A DNA stretch of 64,000 nucleotides. Origin: a virus (Duplodnaviria; Heunggongvirae; Uroviricota; Caudoviricetes). The notes beneath the pieces were generated by a model, which saw nothing but the letters and a program-made list of their open reading frames with translations, was not told where the DNA came from and searched no databases. The stretch lies in the IMG/VR virus record IMGVR_UViG_3300021255_000114, positions 231,942 to 295,941 of that record. One strand, 5' to 3'. A program made the translations under genes and the position numbers. Shown here in pieces: positions 19,043 through 28,261 of the stretch (position 1 is the first letter of the stretch; each line of letters begins with the position of its first letter).

Positions 19043-20373
19043 TTTTTTCTTATCTTTTTTAAAATGTTTAAAATATCTTTAATAATACTTTTACTATTAT
19101 ATTTTATATAAAATAGCGGAACATTATTTATTTCACATTTATATTTTTTGTTTTCGTCTAATTCAATAATATGTTTATATCTATTAAACGCCCATTCATA
19201 TCCATAGCCGGCAAAATCTACCGGAAAATAATGTTGTTCACCTTGACACTCAATTGCAATGTTATATTCTGGTAAATAAAAGTCAAGATGTTGCAATTCT
19301 AACCATGGTAAATGTTTACTTGTGGCAGGATGAATAAATTTAATTAATAGTTTATTAAGTAATAATGAGGTTGTTTCTTCTAATTGCGATTGTCTACACT
19401 TAGGACAGCCCTGTTTTCTTTTGGTGTGATGGTATGGTGTTTGCCAGAATTCTCCGTGTTCCGGACAGATAATACATACAGGTATATCTGTGTTTATGTA
19501 TTTTACTTTGGAGTAATCATACCTGTCTCCGTGGACTTTTCGCGCCTTTTCCATAAACTCTTCTTTACTTAACTTACGATTCCCATAACAATCTGGGCAA
19601 CCTTTACCTTTTAGATGGTTCGAAGGTGTTTGACAGAACTCACCATGTTCCGGACAGATAATACAAACTTTAGTTTTAACATTTACATAATCAGTTTTTG
19701 AATAATCATATCTGTCTCCATGTACTTTACGTGCTTTCTCAATAAATTCTTCGGTGTTTGATCGGTTTGTGCCTGCACATTTTGGACATCCGTTTCCATG
19801 TAAATGTAACCCTAATTGTTGTATAAAATCTCCGTGTATCGGGCAAGTTATGATAATTTTATCTTTAGCCTTTGCTTCCGTTACTTTATTATAGTTATAT
19901 TTACCACCGTGTGTTTTAACACATCTTTTAATTATTTCTTCTTTTGTTAAAACATATCTTTCACTAGTTTTCTCTAAAGCGCATTTTGGGCATCCGTTTC
20001 CATTTAAATGCGAATTCGGGGTTTGTAGAAAATCTCCGTGTTTTTTGCAAATAATAGTTAACTTTTTGTTGGTTAGAGAATAATTTGCTTTTGAATAGTC
20101 ATACTTATCTCCATGCACTTTTTTAGCTTTTTCAATGAATTCATCATTAGATAATGAACGTTTTGATGATTGTACAATACGAGAACAATTAGGACAACCT
20201 TTACCTTTTAAATGATCAGCAGGTCTTTGCCAGAATTCTCCATGTTCCGGACAGATGATACAAACCTTAGTATGATTGTTAACATAGTTTACATTACCGT
20301 AATCATATTTATTCCCGTGTACTTTTCTACTTTTCTCTTCAAAATTTCTGTTTTTATTACATTGTTCGCACAT
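19039..20373 (-). CDS. zinc-ribbon repeat protein (about six DUF4379-like units) with a C-terminal restriction-endonuclease-fold (D..ExQ) domain
   Basis: Repeated unit KVCIICPEHGEF.Q.P..HLKGKGCP.C. C-terminal FDFYLPEYNIAIECQGEQHY. Paralog of 1..1262. Confidence 0.7.
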   Translation of the reverse strand: MCEQCNKNRNFEEKSRKVHGNKYDYGNVNYVNNHTKVCIICPEHGEFWQRPADHLKGKGCPNCSRIVQSSKRSLSNDEFIEKAKKVHGDKYDYSKANYSLTNKKLTIICKKHGDFLQTPNSHLNGNGCPKCALEKTSERYVLTKEEIIKRCVKTHGGKYNYNKVTEAKAKDKIIITCPIHGDFIQQLGLHLHGNGCPKCAGTNRSNTEEFIEKARKVHGDRYDYSKTDYVNVKTKVCIICPEHGEFCQTPSNHLKGKGCPDCYGNRKLSKEEFMEKARKVHGDRYDYSKVKYINTDIPVCIICPEHGEFWQTPYHHTKRKQGCPKCRQSQLEETTSLLLNKLLIKFIHPATSKHLPWLELQHLDFYLPEYNIAIECQGEQHYFPVDFAGYGYEWAFNRYKHIIELDENKKYKCEINNVPLFYIKYNSKSIIKDILNILKKIRKK

Positions 20374-20387
20374 TTATGTTAAATTAA

Positions 20388-20568
20388 CTCAATTATTTTC
20401 GTCTATTTCATAAGGCAAATTTTCCCAGTATTTTTTCATGGATTCCGATATTTTCTTTTTGGTCTCTTCATCCATTTTCTTGCCATAACGATGATTTTTT
20501 GCACCAAGTTTGGCTTGACGCATTTTTTCCTTTGTTTCCTCGCTTAATTTCCTTTGGGTTCTTGCCAT
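20388..20568 (-). CDS. small NUMOD3-like DNA-binding protein (59 aa)
   Basis: Unlisted ORF MARTQRKLSEETKEKMRQAKLGAKNHRYGKKMDEETKKKISESMKK; LS.ETK.K...AK.G repeats of this kind occur in homing-endonuclease DNA-binding modules. Confidence 0.35.
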
Positions 20569-20610
20569 TGTACTTTATTGAACTTTATTTAACTATAAAT
20601 ATGTAGTAAA

Positions 20611-22116
20611 TTAGAAATCTGGATGCAAACGATTACGGATTTCGGTAAGTGATTGTTCCTGAACCATTTTACCATCTTTGAAGTAGAGTATGTAAGCCGA
20701 ATCCTCACCATGAAGAGGTTCGCGTTCCGTTGGGTCAATTCCATCAGCAAATTTAAACATACCCGTTTCAGGGTCATTCCAAACTTCACAGCACCCACGC
20801 TGACTTTTTTTGAACGAAAAACCGGATTCACGATCAGTCTTTGGATCTTTAAAAATTGGATAGAATTTCCCATCAACAATACCTCCAGTTGCTTTAATTG
20901 CGATTGAAAAAGTGTCACGAGTTAATGGATGGAAACAATTATTAGTATCTTTATAACACGTAAAACTAAATGAACCGGCACCGAAGTATATGTTATTTGC
21001 GGCAAAGCCTTCAAGCATTAAACGTTTATATATGGTAGCAGAAATGCTCGGTAATACTCCGTCCCCGTAAACCACACCAATATGCGGGTCAAGGACTTTA
21101 TAACCCTTGGTATTGACGGTTCCACCAAAGATATTCCAAAGCGATTCAACGGTCTTAACTGAAATATCGATAATATCACCACTATCGGGACGGATAAGCA
21201 GTTTGCCGTTATGGGCAAGGATTTCGTCTTTAAGCGACGGAATAATATCATTCACCATTCGCCAATAATCGTAAGTATCTGATACCATGGAGAATGAAGC
21301 ATTTGGATATACTTCTGTAAGAAGGCGTTTCACCATTGCCCGTTCATCACCTGTAATGGCGAAGTCAGCGGCCATAACACTGTGCTCAGTACTGATAGCG
21401 TTTGTAGCAAAATTATTCTCGCTGTTATTCTCGTTATAGTAGTGTTCGATGTATTTGACGGCGGGAATAGTAGCTGTTCCGCTGAATGAAGCAAGCCATG
21501 CGGCTGAAGCCTTCTCAGCCTCCTGAAGCGAACTCATGCCACGGAAACCGAAATCGGAAATGGCTTTGCTATGCGGAACATTATCGTCCACTGTTTTACC
21601 GTACCATTCATCAACAACATCACGGTAGATATTACCTACGGTGGCATGGATGCAGGGTTTCCAGAGTTCAGACGACAAAAGGCTCTCCACCCACTGTACA
21701 ACCCAGGCGAAATCAGGGTGCGTGTTCGTAATTTCGATGCACGGGATACCCATGTTTACAACGGAACCCTCAGGTAATGCGCGGATTTCAAGCGGCAGAT
21801 AACCTAAGCGATGCAGATCACGTACTTTTTCAGGGTTGTAATTACCCGCGCCGAACATGCTATCAACCACACGGGTGTACTCTTCCATCATTTCATCCTC
21901 AGGGACGCTGAAGAAATTCTCGTTGAAATGGTCGATAAGGTATTTCTTGATGAATCCCTGCAAACCGAAAAAGACCATCTTGTCCAACTCAGGTATACGG
22001 TTTCTGCGAGGGGTGAAATAAGACCAAAGTTTAGTCAAACCTTTTGGGTACTGTTCCGCATGGGTTTGCTTGTAACCGTCTGACAATAAGAGACTTATAG
22101 TTTCGTGATTTTTCAT
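20611..22116 (-). CDS. nadV: nicotinamide phosphoribosyltransferase (Nampt)
   Basis: SDGYKQTHAEQYP, DFGFRG, IRPDSGD, VYGDGV and YFGAGS align with human and bacterial Nampt. Confidence 0.9.
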   Translation of the reverse strand: MKNHETISLLLSDGYKQTHAEQYPKGLTKLWSYFTPRRNRIPELDKMVFFGLQGFIKKYLIDHFNENFFSVPEDEMMEEYTRVVDSMFGAGNYNPEKVRDLHRLGYLPLEIRALPEGSVVNMGIPCIEITNTHPDFAWVVQWVESLLSSELWKPCIHATVGNIYRDVVDEWYGKTVDDNVPHSKAISDFGFRGMSSLQEAEKASAAWLASFSGTATIPAVKYIEHYYNENNSENNFATNAISTEHSVMAADFAITGDERAMVKRLLTEVYPNASFSMVSDTYDYWRMVNDIIPSLKDEILAHNGKLLIRPDSGDIIDISVKTVESLWNIFGGTVNTKGYKVLDPHIGVVYGDGVLPSISATIYKRLMLEGFAANNIYFGAGSFSFTCYKDTNNCFHPLTRDTFSIAIKATGGIVDGKFYPIFKDPKTDRESGFSFKKSQRGCCEVWNDPETGMFKFADGIDPTEREPLHGEDSAYILYFKDGKMVQEQSLTEIRNRLHPDF

Positions 22117-22117
22117 A

Positions 22118-22597
22118 TTAATTTATTTTAATATTAAACTTCTTAAGTGATTCTATTGCGGCATCTCGTGTTTTAACTATACGGTCTATTCTATTGTTTG
22201 TTTCTTGGAACGCACATTTGATAACCTTTTTTGCTGTGTCCATCATGTTTTCTTCTCCCGTAAATAAACCAGATGGAAGGTGGAAATATCTACTATTGGT
22301 GTCCCAAGAACAGCGCATAGTAACAACATCAGAGCCATATAGATTAATATCTTCGTAACAATTAGGTTTTATATGGAAAGATGTAAAATCTTTTGAAGGA
22401 AGTTTTTCTCCACCAAAACAATTCCATTGATATTCAAGTACTGACATGCCAATGAATTCTTCAATACTTTGCTTTAATTCGTTGTATAATTCCTTGAATT
22501 TTTTCGGCGTGTATTGAAAATTAACGTTATCACAATGAAATGTTAAAACATCATTTTCATCTTCGACGTATTGACGTCCTGTTTTTGCATCTACCAT
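22118..22597 (-). CDS. hypothetical protein
   Basis: 159-aa ORF with a 1-nt gap after nadV. Confidence 0.5.
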   Translation of the reverse strand: MVDAKTGRQYVEDENDVLTFHCDNVNFQYTPKKFKELYNELKQSIEEFIGMSVLEYQWNCFGGEKLPSKDFTSFHIKPNCYEDINLYGSDVVTMRCSWDTNSRYFHLPSGLFTGEENMMDTAKKVIKCAFQETNNRIDRIVKTRDAAIESLKKFNIKIN

Positions 22598-22611
22598 TAT
22601 CTATCTTATTT

Positions 22612-22944
22612 TTATTTGTTTTCTTCTTTTTTGTTCAAATTATCGAGGATTTTCTCTGACATATCAATGAGATTATTAAGCCTTTTGTAGTGTTCCTGAG
22701 GTTCATAGCACGGACAATAGTCGATTGAATATTCAGGATATGTTTTTTCCTTATTGCGTTCGTGCCAAGCCTTGTATTGATCAGGATTTGTGTCGCAGAA
22801 ATTCTCGTAGTGGTCGAAAAAACTGCTTCTCATCCAAACACGGCCATTTTCGTCCTTCTCTTCCTCCGTACGATACACTTCCTTTGTCTTGTGGTGGATG
22901 CAGCAACTCATGCAGTTTCCGCATATTCTTTTCTCTTGTTCCAT
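22612..22944 (-). CDS. Cys/His-rich small protein
   Basis: CGNCMSCCIHH...CPCY. Confidence 0.5.
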   Translation of the reverse strand: MEQEKRICGNCMSCCIHHKTKEVYRTEEEKDENGRVWMRSSFFDHYENFCDTNPDQYKAWHERNKEKTYPEYSIDYCPCYEPQEHYKRLNNLIDMSEKILDNLNKKEENK

Positions 22945-22954
22945 AATCTGTTAT

Positions 22955-22974
22955 TTTGTTTCAACGGTGCAAAG
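22955..22974 (-). promoter_or_regulatory. conserved phage promoter copy
   Basis: ttcaacggtgcaaagatacc. Confidence 0.55.
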
Positions 22975-22980
22975 ATACCA

Positions 22981-23005
22981 TAAAAAAACCGATATTCAAT
23001 ATACC
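22981..23005 (-). terminator. intrinsic terminator (AAACCG...CGGTTT followed by T7)
   Basis: Hairpin plus T-run between genes 23022 and 22944. Confidence 0.5.
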
Positions 23006-23021
23006 GGTTTCTTAAATTTTC

Positions 23022-23882
23022 TTAAAACTTGAATGTACTCGGTGTACACTTGCTTTGTTTCATTCTCTGATTGGCGTATTGCTTGTTGCCCTTAATAATC
23101 GGTTTGGACCAATCAGTAGGCTTCTCGGCCAACCACGGGAATTTCTCGCATATCTCTTTTGCCTTGTCGAAATTCCATGAATCAAACAATTCAGCACCAC
23201 TGTTCATTCCAGACAACATGCGGAAATTGATGAACTCCCTTGGAATTTCAACCTGCCCCTCAAGCGGATTCTTGCTCTTATTCACTTTGGTTGTACCAGG
23301 AACAATCCAAAAACCTGATTTAGCCAATTCCGGATTTGCATCCATTTTTATTCCTTTGATAGGTTGGCCTTCAGGTGCGTTTTTAACTTCGTTATAGTTG
23401 AAACGGGTTCTTGTATGGTCGGAAGCAGTCCCCCTGAAATCCATAACAACCCAAAGTTGCCCATCAATCATTTCATAATCGAAAGTCAAACCAACTCCGT
23501 CTGGAAGGCCCGTTGATTGGAATACTCGATACCATGCGTCGGTTGCACGGATTGAAGGATGGTTAGGTGGTACTTTTGAACCGTCATCCAATACAAGCAT
23601 GCCATTTTCAATACTCTTAATTGTGTTGAAATAAAGGTTTCTCACTTGCTGTGCCCTTCCGCCGGTTCCGATTATCCTGTTTCCATCGGCATCAACGGCG
23701 GTTCTTTGCATCATTCTACATAGTATGTCACCAGGGGCAAATGCCCTGTCCGTATGTCCCAATTTTGGAATGGAGTCTCCATTTTGTTGAAATTCGGCGT
23801 TCGTCATCTCATTCAACGTCTCGCGTATGATGGATTTCAACGTATCTTCGTTTAAATGTATAATCTGTTTTGCCATAACCAT
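23022..23882 (-). CDS. hypothetical protein
   Basis: 286-aa ORF. Confidence 0.55.
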   Translation of the reverse strand: MVMAKQIIHLNEDTLKSIIRETLNEMTNAEFQQNGDSIPKLGHTDRAFAPGDILCRMMQRTAVDADGNRIIGTGGRAQQVRNLYFNTIKSIENGMLVLDDGSKVPPNHPSIRATDAWYRVFQSTGLPDGVGLTFDYEMIDGQLWVVMDFRGTASDHTRTRFNYNEVKNAPEGQPIKGIKMDANPELAKSGFWIVPGTTKVNKSKNPLEGQVEIPREFINFRMLSGMNSGAELFDSWNFDKAKEICEKFPWLAEKPTDWSKPIIKGNKQYANQRMKQSKCTPSTFKF

Positions 23883-23962
23883 AAATAGTTAGGTGGATAA
23901 GATTTGAATTACTTTGTCGGCATCTTCCTCCGTTATTCCGTGTTTGCCGCCAAACTTTAAAA

Positions 23963-23985
23963 GACCGCCGGTATGATCGGCGGTC
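23963..23985 (-). terminator. intrinsic terminator (GACCGCCG-gtatgat-CGGCGGTC)
   Basis: Perfect 8-bp stem followed by TTTTAA on the minus strand. Confidence 0.5.
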
Positions 23986-24054
23986 TGTTCAAGGATGTTT
24001 TTCTTGAAAAAAACTTCATGGTGCAAACACCCATCAATATCCAAAATACGGATA

Positions 24055-24363
24055 TCATGCAAGTTTGAACATCATATATCCTTCAGGACAATCCTGCATA
24101 GGCATTTCACACAGCAAGTCTTCATGTTCATCAACGACAACCACTCCTTGGAAAAACTCAAATAGTTTTGTCATTGCATCAACCTCTTTTAAGTCCGATT
24201 CATGAATATAGTATTCACGTCCGATCCTATAGGATTGGTCTTCCGTTTTTTCGAAATTCTTGATATTAAAAGTTTCATCAAGTTGCTTTAACGCCTCATC
24301 AACGGGCACTTCTTTGTACTTTTTTCCTTCCATCTTATTTTGATTTAAAACATCTAACCCCAC
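24055..24363 (-). CDS. hypothetical protein
   Basis: 102-aa ORF. Confidence 0.45.
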   Translation of the reverse strand: MGLDVLNQNKMEGKKYKEVPVDEALKQLDETFNIKNFEKTEDQSYRIGREYYIHESDLKEVDAMTKLFEFFQGVVVVDEHEDLLCEMPMQDCPEGYMMFKLA

Positions 24364-24394
24364 AAATATACTACATCCTTTTGGATTTCCGCCA

Positions 24395-25234
24395 TTATTC
24401 GGAAGAAATGTTTGAAATTTTTTTAAGAAAATCCTTTTTTACCTCTTTTTCCGTAAACTGACCGGCCGGTGATACCACCCATTTATTACGTTCAAACGTA
24501 CCGTATTCAGGTGATTCCAATTGAATTTTCTGTTTATAGCATACACGACCGAATTTCAACCCATCATCATATTCATACCAATTGATATTGCATTTGTCAA
24601 GTAGGAGTTGCACTTGTTCATCACTGTGTTTGCTCACTAGTTCCTTATGGGGAAGGTATGTTTGCGCCGCCTGTTGTTTGGAATTGCGGATGCAGTCCAA
24701 CTGGCGATATAGGAACCAAGCATACGCATCGTTCTCGTTAGGCACATTCCATGCCTTGCAGTCGAATTCATACAGCGGAGCATTCTCAAGTGTATCAATC
24801 GCCATATCAAGGATATCGTTACCGGGAAGAGAATCAGGAATCTTCTCGAGTCTGTTCGCAGTCATAATGTTGGTGAATTTGGTTGCGGCCATTGATGCGA
24901 CAATAGACTGAATTTTGCATAATCTGTATCCGAAAAATGATGTGACCTCGGAATTTTCGTCTTTCGGAATATCGGATACGACAAGTGAAATCTCGTCACT
25001 TTGACAATAGCCGAACTTGCACCCTTGTACATTGGCACACAGGTATTGCATTGTCTCGTTCATTGCCTCGACGAACTTCTTGTCGAACGGTTTTTCGAAT
25101 TTGTTCTTGATTTTCCTTGAGAAATTCTTTCCATCGACCATTATACAAATATAACTGTTAGGTTCAAGCCTGTGGTCTGATGCCGAACGGAGTCGTTCGC
25201 ATTTCTGTTTAAGTGTTTCCTCTATTTTTTGCAT
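24395..25234 (-). CDS. Thg1-like protein (tRNA-His guanylyltransferase family, 3'-5' polymerase)
   Basis: IMVDGKNFSRK...KPFD compares with Thg1 VVRLDGRNFHRF...KPND, and YCQSDEISLV with YGQSDEYSFV. Confidence 0.75.
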   Translation of the reverse strand: MQKIEETLKQKCERLRSASDHRLEPNSYICIMVDGKNFSRKIKNKFEKPFDKKFVEAMNETMQYLCANVQGCKFGYCQSDEISLVVSDIPKDENSEVTSFFGYRLCKIQSIVASMAATKFTNIMTANRLEKIPDSLPGNDILDMAIDTLENAPLYEFDCKAWNVPNENDAYAWFLYRQLDCIRNSKQQAAQTYLPHKELVSKHSDEQVQLLLDKCNINWYEYDDGLKFGRVCYKQKIQLESPEYGTFERNKWVVSPAGQFTEKEVKKDFLKKISNISSE

Positions 25235-25247
25235 TTTCTTCTATATA

Positions 25248-25913
25248 TTAATGAGTTGTATATTTTGCTGCCACTTTTTTGACAACTTTTAAGTATTCAT
25301 CCGCTTCGGCATAATTGAGATGTGCCTTGAGGTAGGTTTCTTTGTCCGGTTTTACTTCGTTGAAACGGAAGTGTTCCCACAGTATTTTGTCCAATATGGA
25401 AAGTTTCCAATTGTCATAAACCGCATAACCACAATAGCTATCGCCATGGCGTTGGGTCGTGTAATGTTTCCTTTTACCTGATACAGGTCTCATCCCGAAG
25501 AAATTCCTCGCATTTTTCGCAACATCGGATGTACCGCTTGTGGATTCGATTTTGTACTGTGCCATGATGATGTCCGGATACCAAGCCTTGCAACTTACGA
25601 TATATGCAAAAACAATACTGTCATTGAACGGGATATTCTTCTTTCCCTCCAATGTTGCCTGTGCTATACGGATATGAAGTGTGTCGGATTCTTCCTCCAT
25701 TTCAACGGTTCTTGTCAGTATCTCAATCTGTGCCTCCAAAGTACTGATGATTTTATCCTGTTTAAGACTCTCATCAATCCACAGAATAAGCACAATGGAG
25801 AACACACTCAAGACCAAGTACAATGCATTGTCATACAAAAACTGCTTGATTCGTGAAACTGGCTTCAGTTCGATGTTTTCTTTATCGAACCGGTATAAAC
25901 GGTTATTTTCCAT
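25248..25913 (-). CDS. peptidoglycan hydrolase (glucosaminidase family) with an N-terminal transmembrane anchor
   Basis: Hydrophobic segment LYLVLSVFSIVLILWI, and AQYKIESTSGTSDVAKNARNFFGMR matches the glucosaminidase domain pattern. Confidence 0.6.
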   Translation of the reverse strand: MENNRLYRFDKENIELKPVSRIKQFLYDNALYLVLSVFSIVLILWIDESLKQDKIISTLEAQIEILTRTVEMEEESDTLHIRIAQATLEGKKNIPFNDSIVFAYIVSCKAWYPDIIMAQYKIESTSGTSDVAKNARNFFGMRPVSGKRKHYTTQRHGDSYCGYAVYDNWKLSILDKILWEHFRFNEVKPDKETYLKAHLNYAEADEYLKVVKKVAAKYTTH

Positions 25914-25914
25914 G

Positions 25915-27105
25915 TTACTTGAATAATTTGATGTTCGATTCGTTTGAATCGTTGTAGTAGAAATTCTTGAAATGTATGTCGAAACAACTCGATATCATCG
26001 TCATTGCTGACTGCATCCCATATGGTTGCGTTAGGTCAACGGTTTCGGTAAAGCATCCGTTATACATTTCCAGAAATCCATGATTAATAGCCACATCCAT
26101 ATGAGTGACAACAAGGTTGAAATCAGCAAGACCTTTCTTGTCGATATAGTCTAACCTATGGCGGTCAACGGCCCGCTCGAACAAACGACGCTCCAACTGG
26201 CCGACTTTGAAATTCCCCTGGTATTCATTGAATACATTGGTTTCGTGTTTGTCCGATAAATCATAAGTTAACGGTGCCTGAGGAATATATCCGTTTCCGT
26301 GCCGTGTAAGATATGTACGGGTAACCATATAGACTTCAGGCTTGATATTAAACTCATAGTGCTCCATGAACTCAAGCGGATTCTCAAGGCCGACCGGTGT
26401 GGCTGTCACATTCGGGAAAAAGCCGTCCTTGGCGTCAAGCAGCAATCCTTGTGTACCCTCAAAGATAACCACGTCATGTGACCTAATCTCGTCAATCATC
26501 ATTAGGCGATTTTTCCATACCTTATAGAACTTAGCGTTGCAGGCCTCAACATACATCCTCTCAAGCTCGGGATTGCGCTCCATTCCATAGTAATCACATA
26601 CGCTTTGGAACTGTTTCTCCTTGTGCTTGTACGTCAGAAATTGCGAGAAGGTATATAGGAAATAGTCGCTTGACATGTGGCGTTTCTTGCATGCCCACAC
26701 CCCCTTGCCACATGTCCCGTCCTTTAACGCAGATTCATCATTACGGTTTGAAATCACATCATATGGGGTAATGCATTCGATGTAGTCCGCAATATTGATA
26801 AGCGGTACACTATCCATCTTTGTTTGAAGAACCTTATATTCATTGTATGCACAGATAGGGTCAAAAAGAGAACCGTAGATATAATACGTCGGAACCCCCA
26901 ACAGGACACCACTCCCATACGAAGAACAGATGTGTTCAACCCCGTCGTTTACAACCGTGTGCGCAGCCTGAGGCCCCCCACAATAACGCACAACACACAC
27001 CGACTTGCCTTTCTCGATGGCCTCTCTGCAAAGCCATTGCACTGTCACTCCCTTACCTTCATCGCCAAATAAAGACCCGATTACTATTTTAACCTCTTTT
27101 TCCAT
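25915..27105 (-). CDS. adenylosuccinate synthetase family protein (PurA or PurZ-like)
   Basis: GSLFGDEGKGV reads as the PurA P-loop, and RYCGGPQAAHTV compares with the canonical RYQGGHNAGHT block. Confidence 0.8.
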   Translation of the reverse strand: MEKEVKIVIGSLFGDEGKGVTVQWLCREAIEKGKSVCVVRYCGGPQAAHTVVNDGVEHICSSYGSGVLLGVPTYYIYGSLFDPICAYNEYKVLQTKMDSVPLINIADYIECITPYDVISNRNDESALKDGTCGKGVWACKKRHMSSDYFLYTFSQFLTYKHKEKQFQSVCDYYGMERNPELERMYVEACNAKFYKVWKNRLMMIDEIRSHDVVIFEGTQGLLLDAKDGFFPNVTATPVGLENPLEFMEHYEFNIKPEVYMVTRTYLTRHGNGYIPQAPLTYDLSDKHETNVFNEYQGNFKVGQLERRLFERAVDRHRLDYIDKKGLADFNLVVTHMDVAINHGFLEMYNGCFTETVDLTQPYGMQSAMTMISSCFDIHFKNFYYNDSNESNIKLFK

Positions 27106-27253
27106 ATTATCAATACTACTCGAAATTAAATTTGTTCATTGCGTCGCGCATAACCTCGCATTCATCTTGAGGAATGCCGCCCCTTCCATCCAGTATTAAG
27201 GCCTAAGTCTATTAGTTTCTTACCTTGTTCTATTGTTGTATAGTGTTGCATAC

Positions 27254-27589
27254 TTATTCCTCCTTTGTTGTTTTTAGTCCAAGTTCAAAGAAGTGCTTGG
27301 CAAACTGTCTTAAATCAGATTCTGACCAACGACCGTAATTGTTCTTTTCATCAAAATGGTCGTTTGATGCAACAAACGCTGTTTCAAAGTCCACCTCTTT
27401 CACTTCAAGGGTGTCAAGGAAATCAATTATCTGTCTACACGCTTGACGAAAACCCAGTACAAACTGGGCACCATAAGTATGATCAGTCTGCATGAGAATT
27501 TTATGTTGCCGATTTATCTCCGCCACAACAGCGGCTTTGTCAATGTATCGTACCATAATTTTTTTATAATTTAAGCATAGTCTAAACAT
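27254..27589 (-). CDS. hypothetical protein sharing a C-terminal module with 11081..11620
   Basis: TLEVKEVDF...AKHFFELGLK. Confidence 0.45.
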   Translation of the reverse strand: MFRLCLNYKKIMVRYIDKAAVVAEINRQHKILMQTDHTYGAQFVLGFRQACRQIIDFLDTLEVKEVDFETAFVASNDHFDEKNNYGRWSESDLRQFAKHFFELGLKTTKEE

Positions 27590-27930
27590 ACTAATTTGTT
27601 ATCAATGAAACCAAAATTTGTTGGCTTACTTTCCCCATTTCTAACAACTTCAAAGCGTTTTAATTCTTCTTCTGTCAATCCCCTTGTGTTTACAATACAC
27701 TGTTTTTGTATTTGCAAAAGCCCAAAGTAACTACAGAAATATGATGGACATATCAAATCAGAAATAGGATAATAATTTTTGAACTCTTTATAGAATTGCC
27801 TTTCTTTATAGTTTGACAAACATCCCTGTAAAAAATTAACATGACCGTTTAACGGGTTTGGGAATTTGAAAGAAAGACCAAGAAAACTAATGACAATCCT
27901 TGTAATGCCTTTGTTTATTAAACGTGTCAT
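27571..27930 (-). CDS. hypothetical protein
   Basis: 119-aa ORF. Confidence 0.45.
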   Translation of the reverse strand: MTRLINKGITRIVISFLGLSFKFPNPLNGHVNFLQGCLSNYKERQFYKEFKNYYPISDLICPSYFCSYFGLLQIQKQCIVNTRGLTEEELKRFEVVRNGESKPTNFGFIDNKLVCLDYA

Positions 27931-27931
27931 A

Positions 27932-28261
27932 TTATTCTTGTTTTAGTTGTTTAGCCATCCATTCTGCTCCTGCTTTGAAAGCATCTTCAATTGCCTGTGA
28001 AGGAAACCATACATCGTGCTCTCTATTGACTACTCGTGCTTCACCGTCATAAGGACAATCATATTCATAATAATTCTCTGCCGCTTCTTCAAGGTTGGAG
28101 GGAAGGGAAGGCTGCTCCTGCTGGAGAGAGTCTATAAAATTTTCTATTTCAATGAGAGCACAGTGCCGGCCGTGACGTTCATCATCGTTAATCGGGCATA
28201 CTTTGAATCTTTCCGTAAGAAAATTTCCCAGTTTATCTGCGTCAATGTATTTCATGGTCAT
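27932..28261 (-). CDS. hypothetical protein
   Basis: 109-aa ORF. Confidence 0.45.
   Translation of the reverse strand: MTMKYIDADKLGNFLTERFKVCPINDDERHGRHCALIEIENFIDSLQQEQPSLPSNLEEAAENYYEYDCPYDGEARVVNREHDVWFPSQAIEDAFKAGAEWMAKQLKQE

Noticed and set aside
20589-20918. 109-aa minus-strand ORF inside nadV in another frame, and similar nested ORFs (16438-16656, 26754-26939, 31624-31848).
   Set aside because: They are nested within confidently assigned genes and have no independent signals.
22118-23882. NMNAT or Nudix partner for NadV among the adjacent ORFs.
   Set aside because: No (H/T)xGH adenylyltransferase motif or Nudix box was visible in 22118-22597, 22612-22944 or 23022-23882.
27106-27253. 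29-aa ORF in the gap upstream of 27254-27589, as a degraded N-terminus of a paralog of 11081-11620.
   Set aside because: There is no detectable similarity to the N-terminus of 11081-11620, and the ORF is too short to support.
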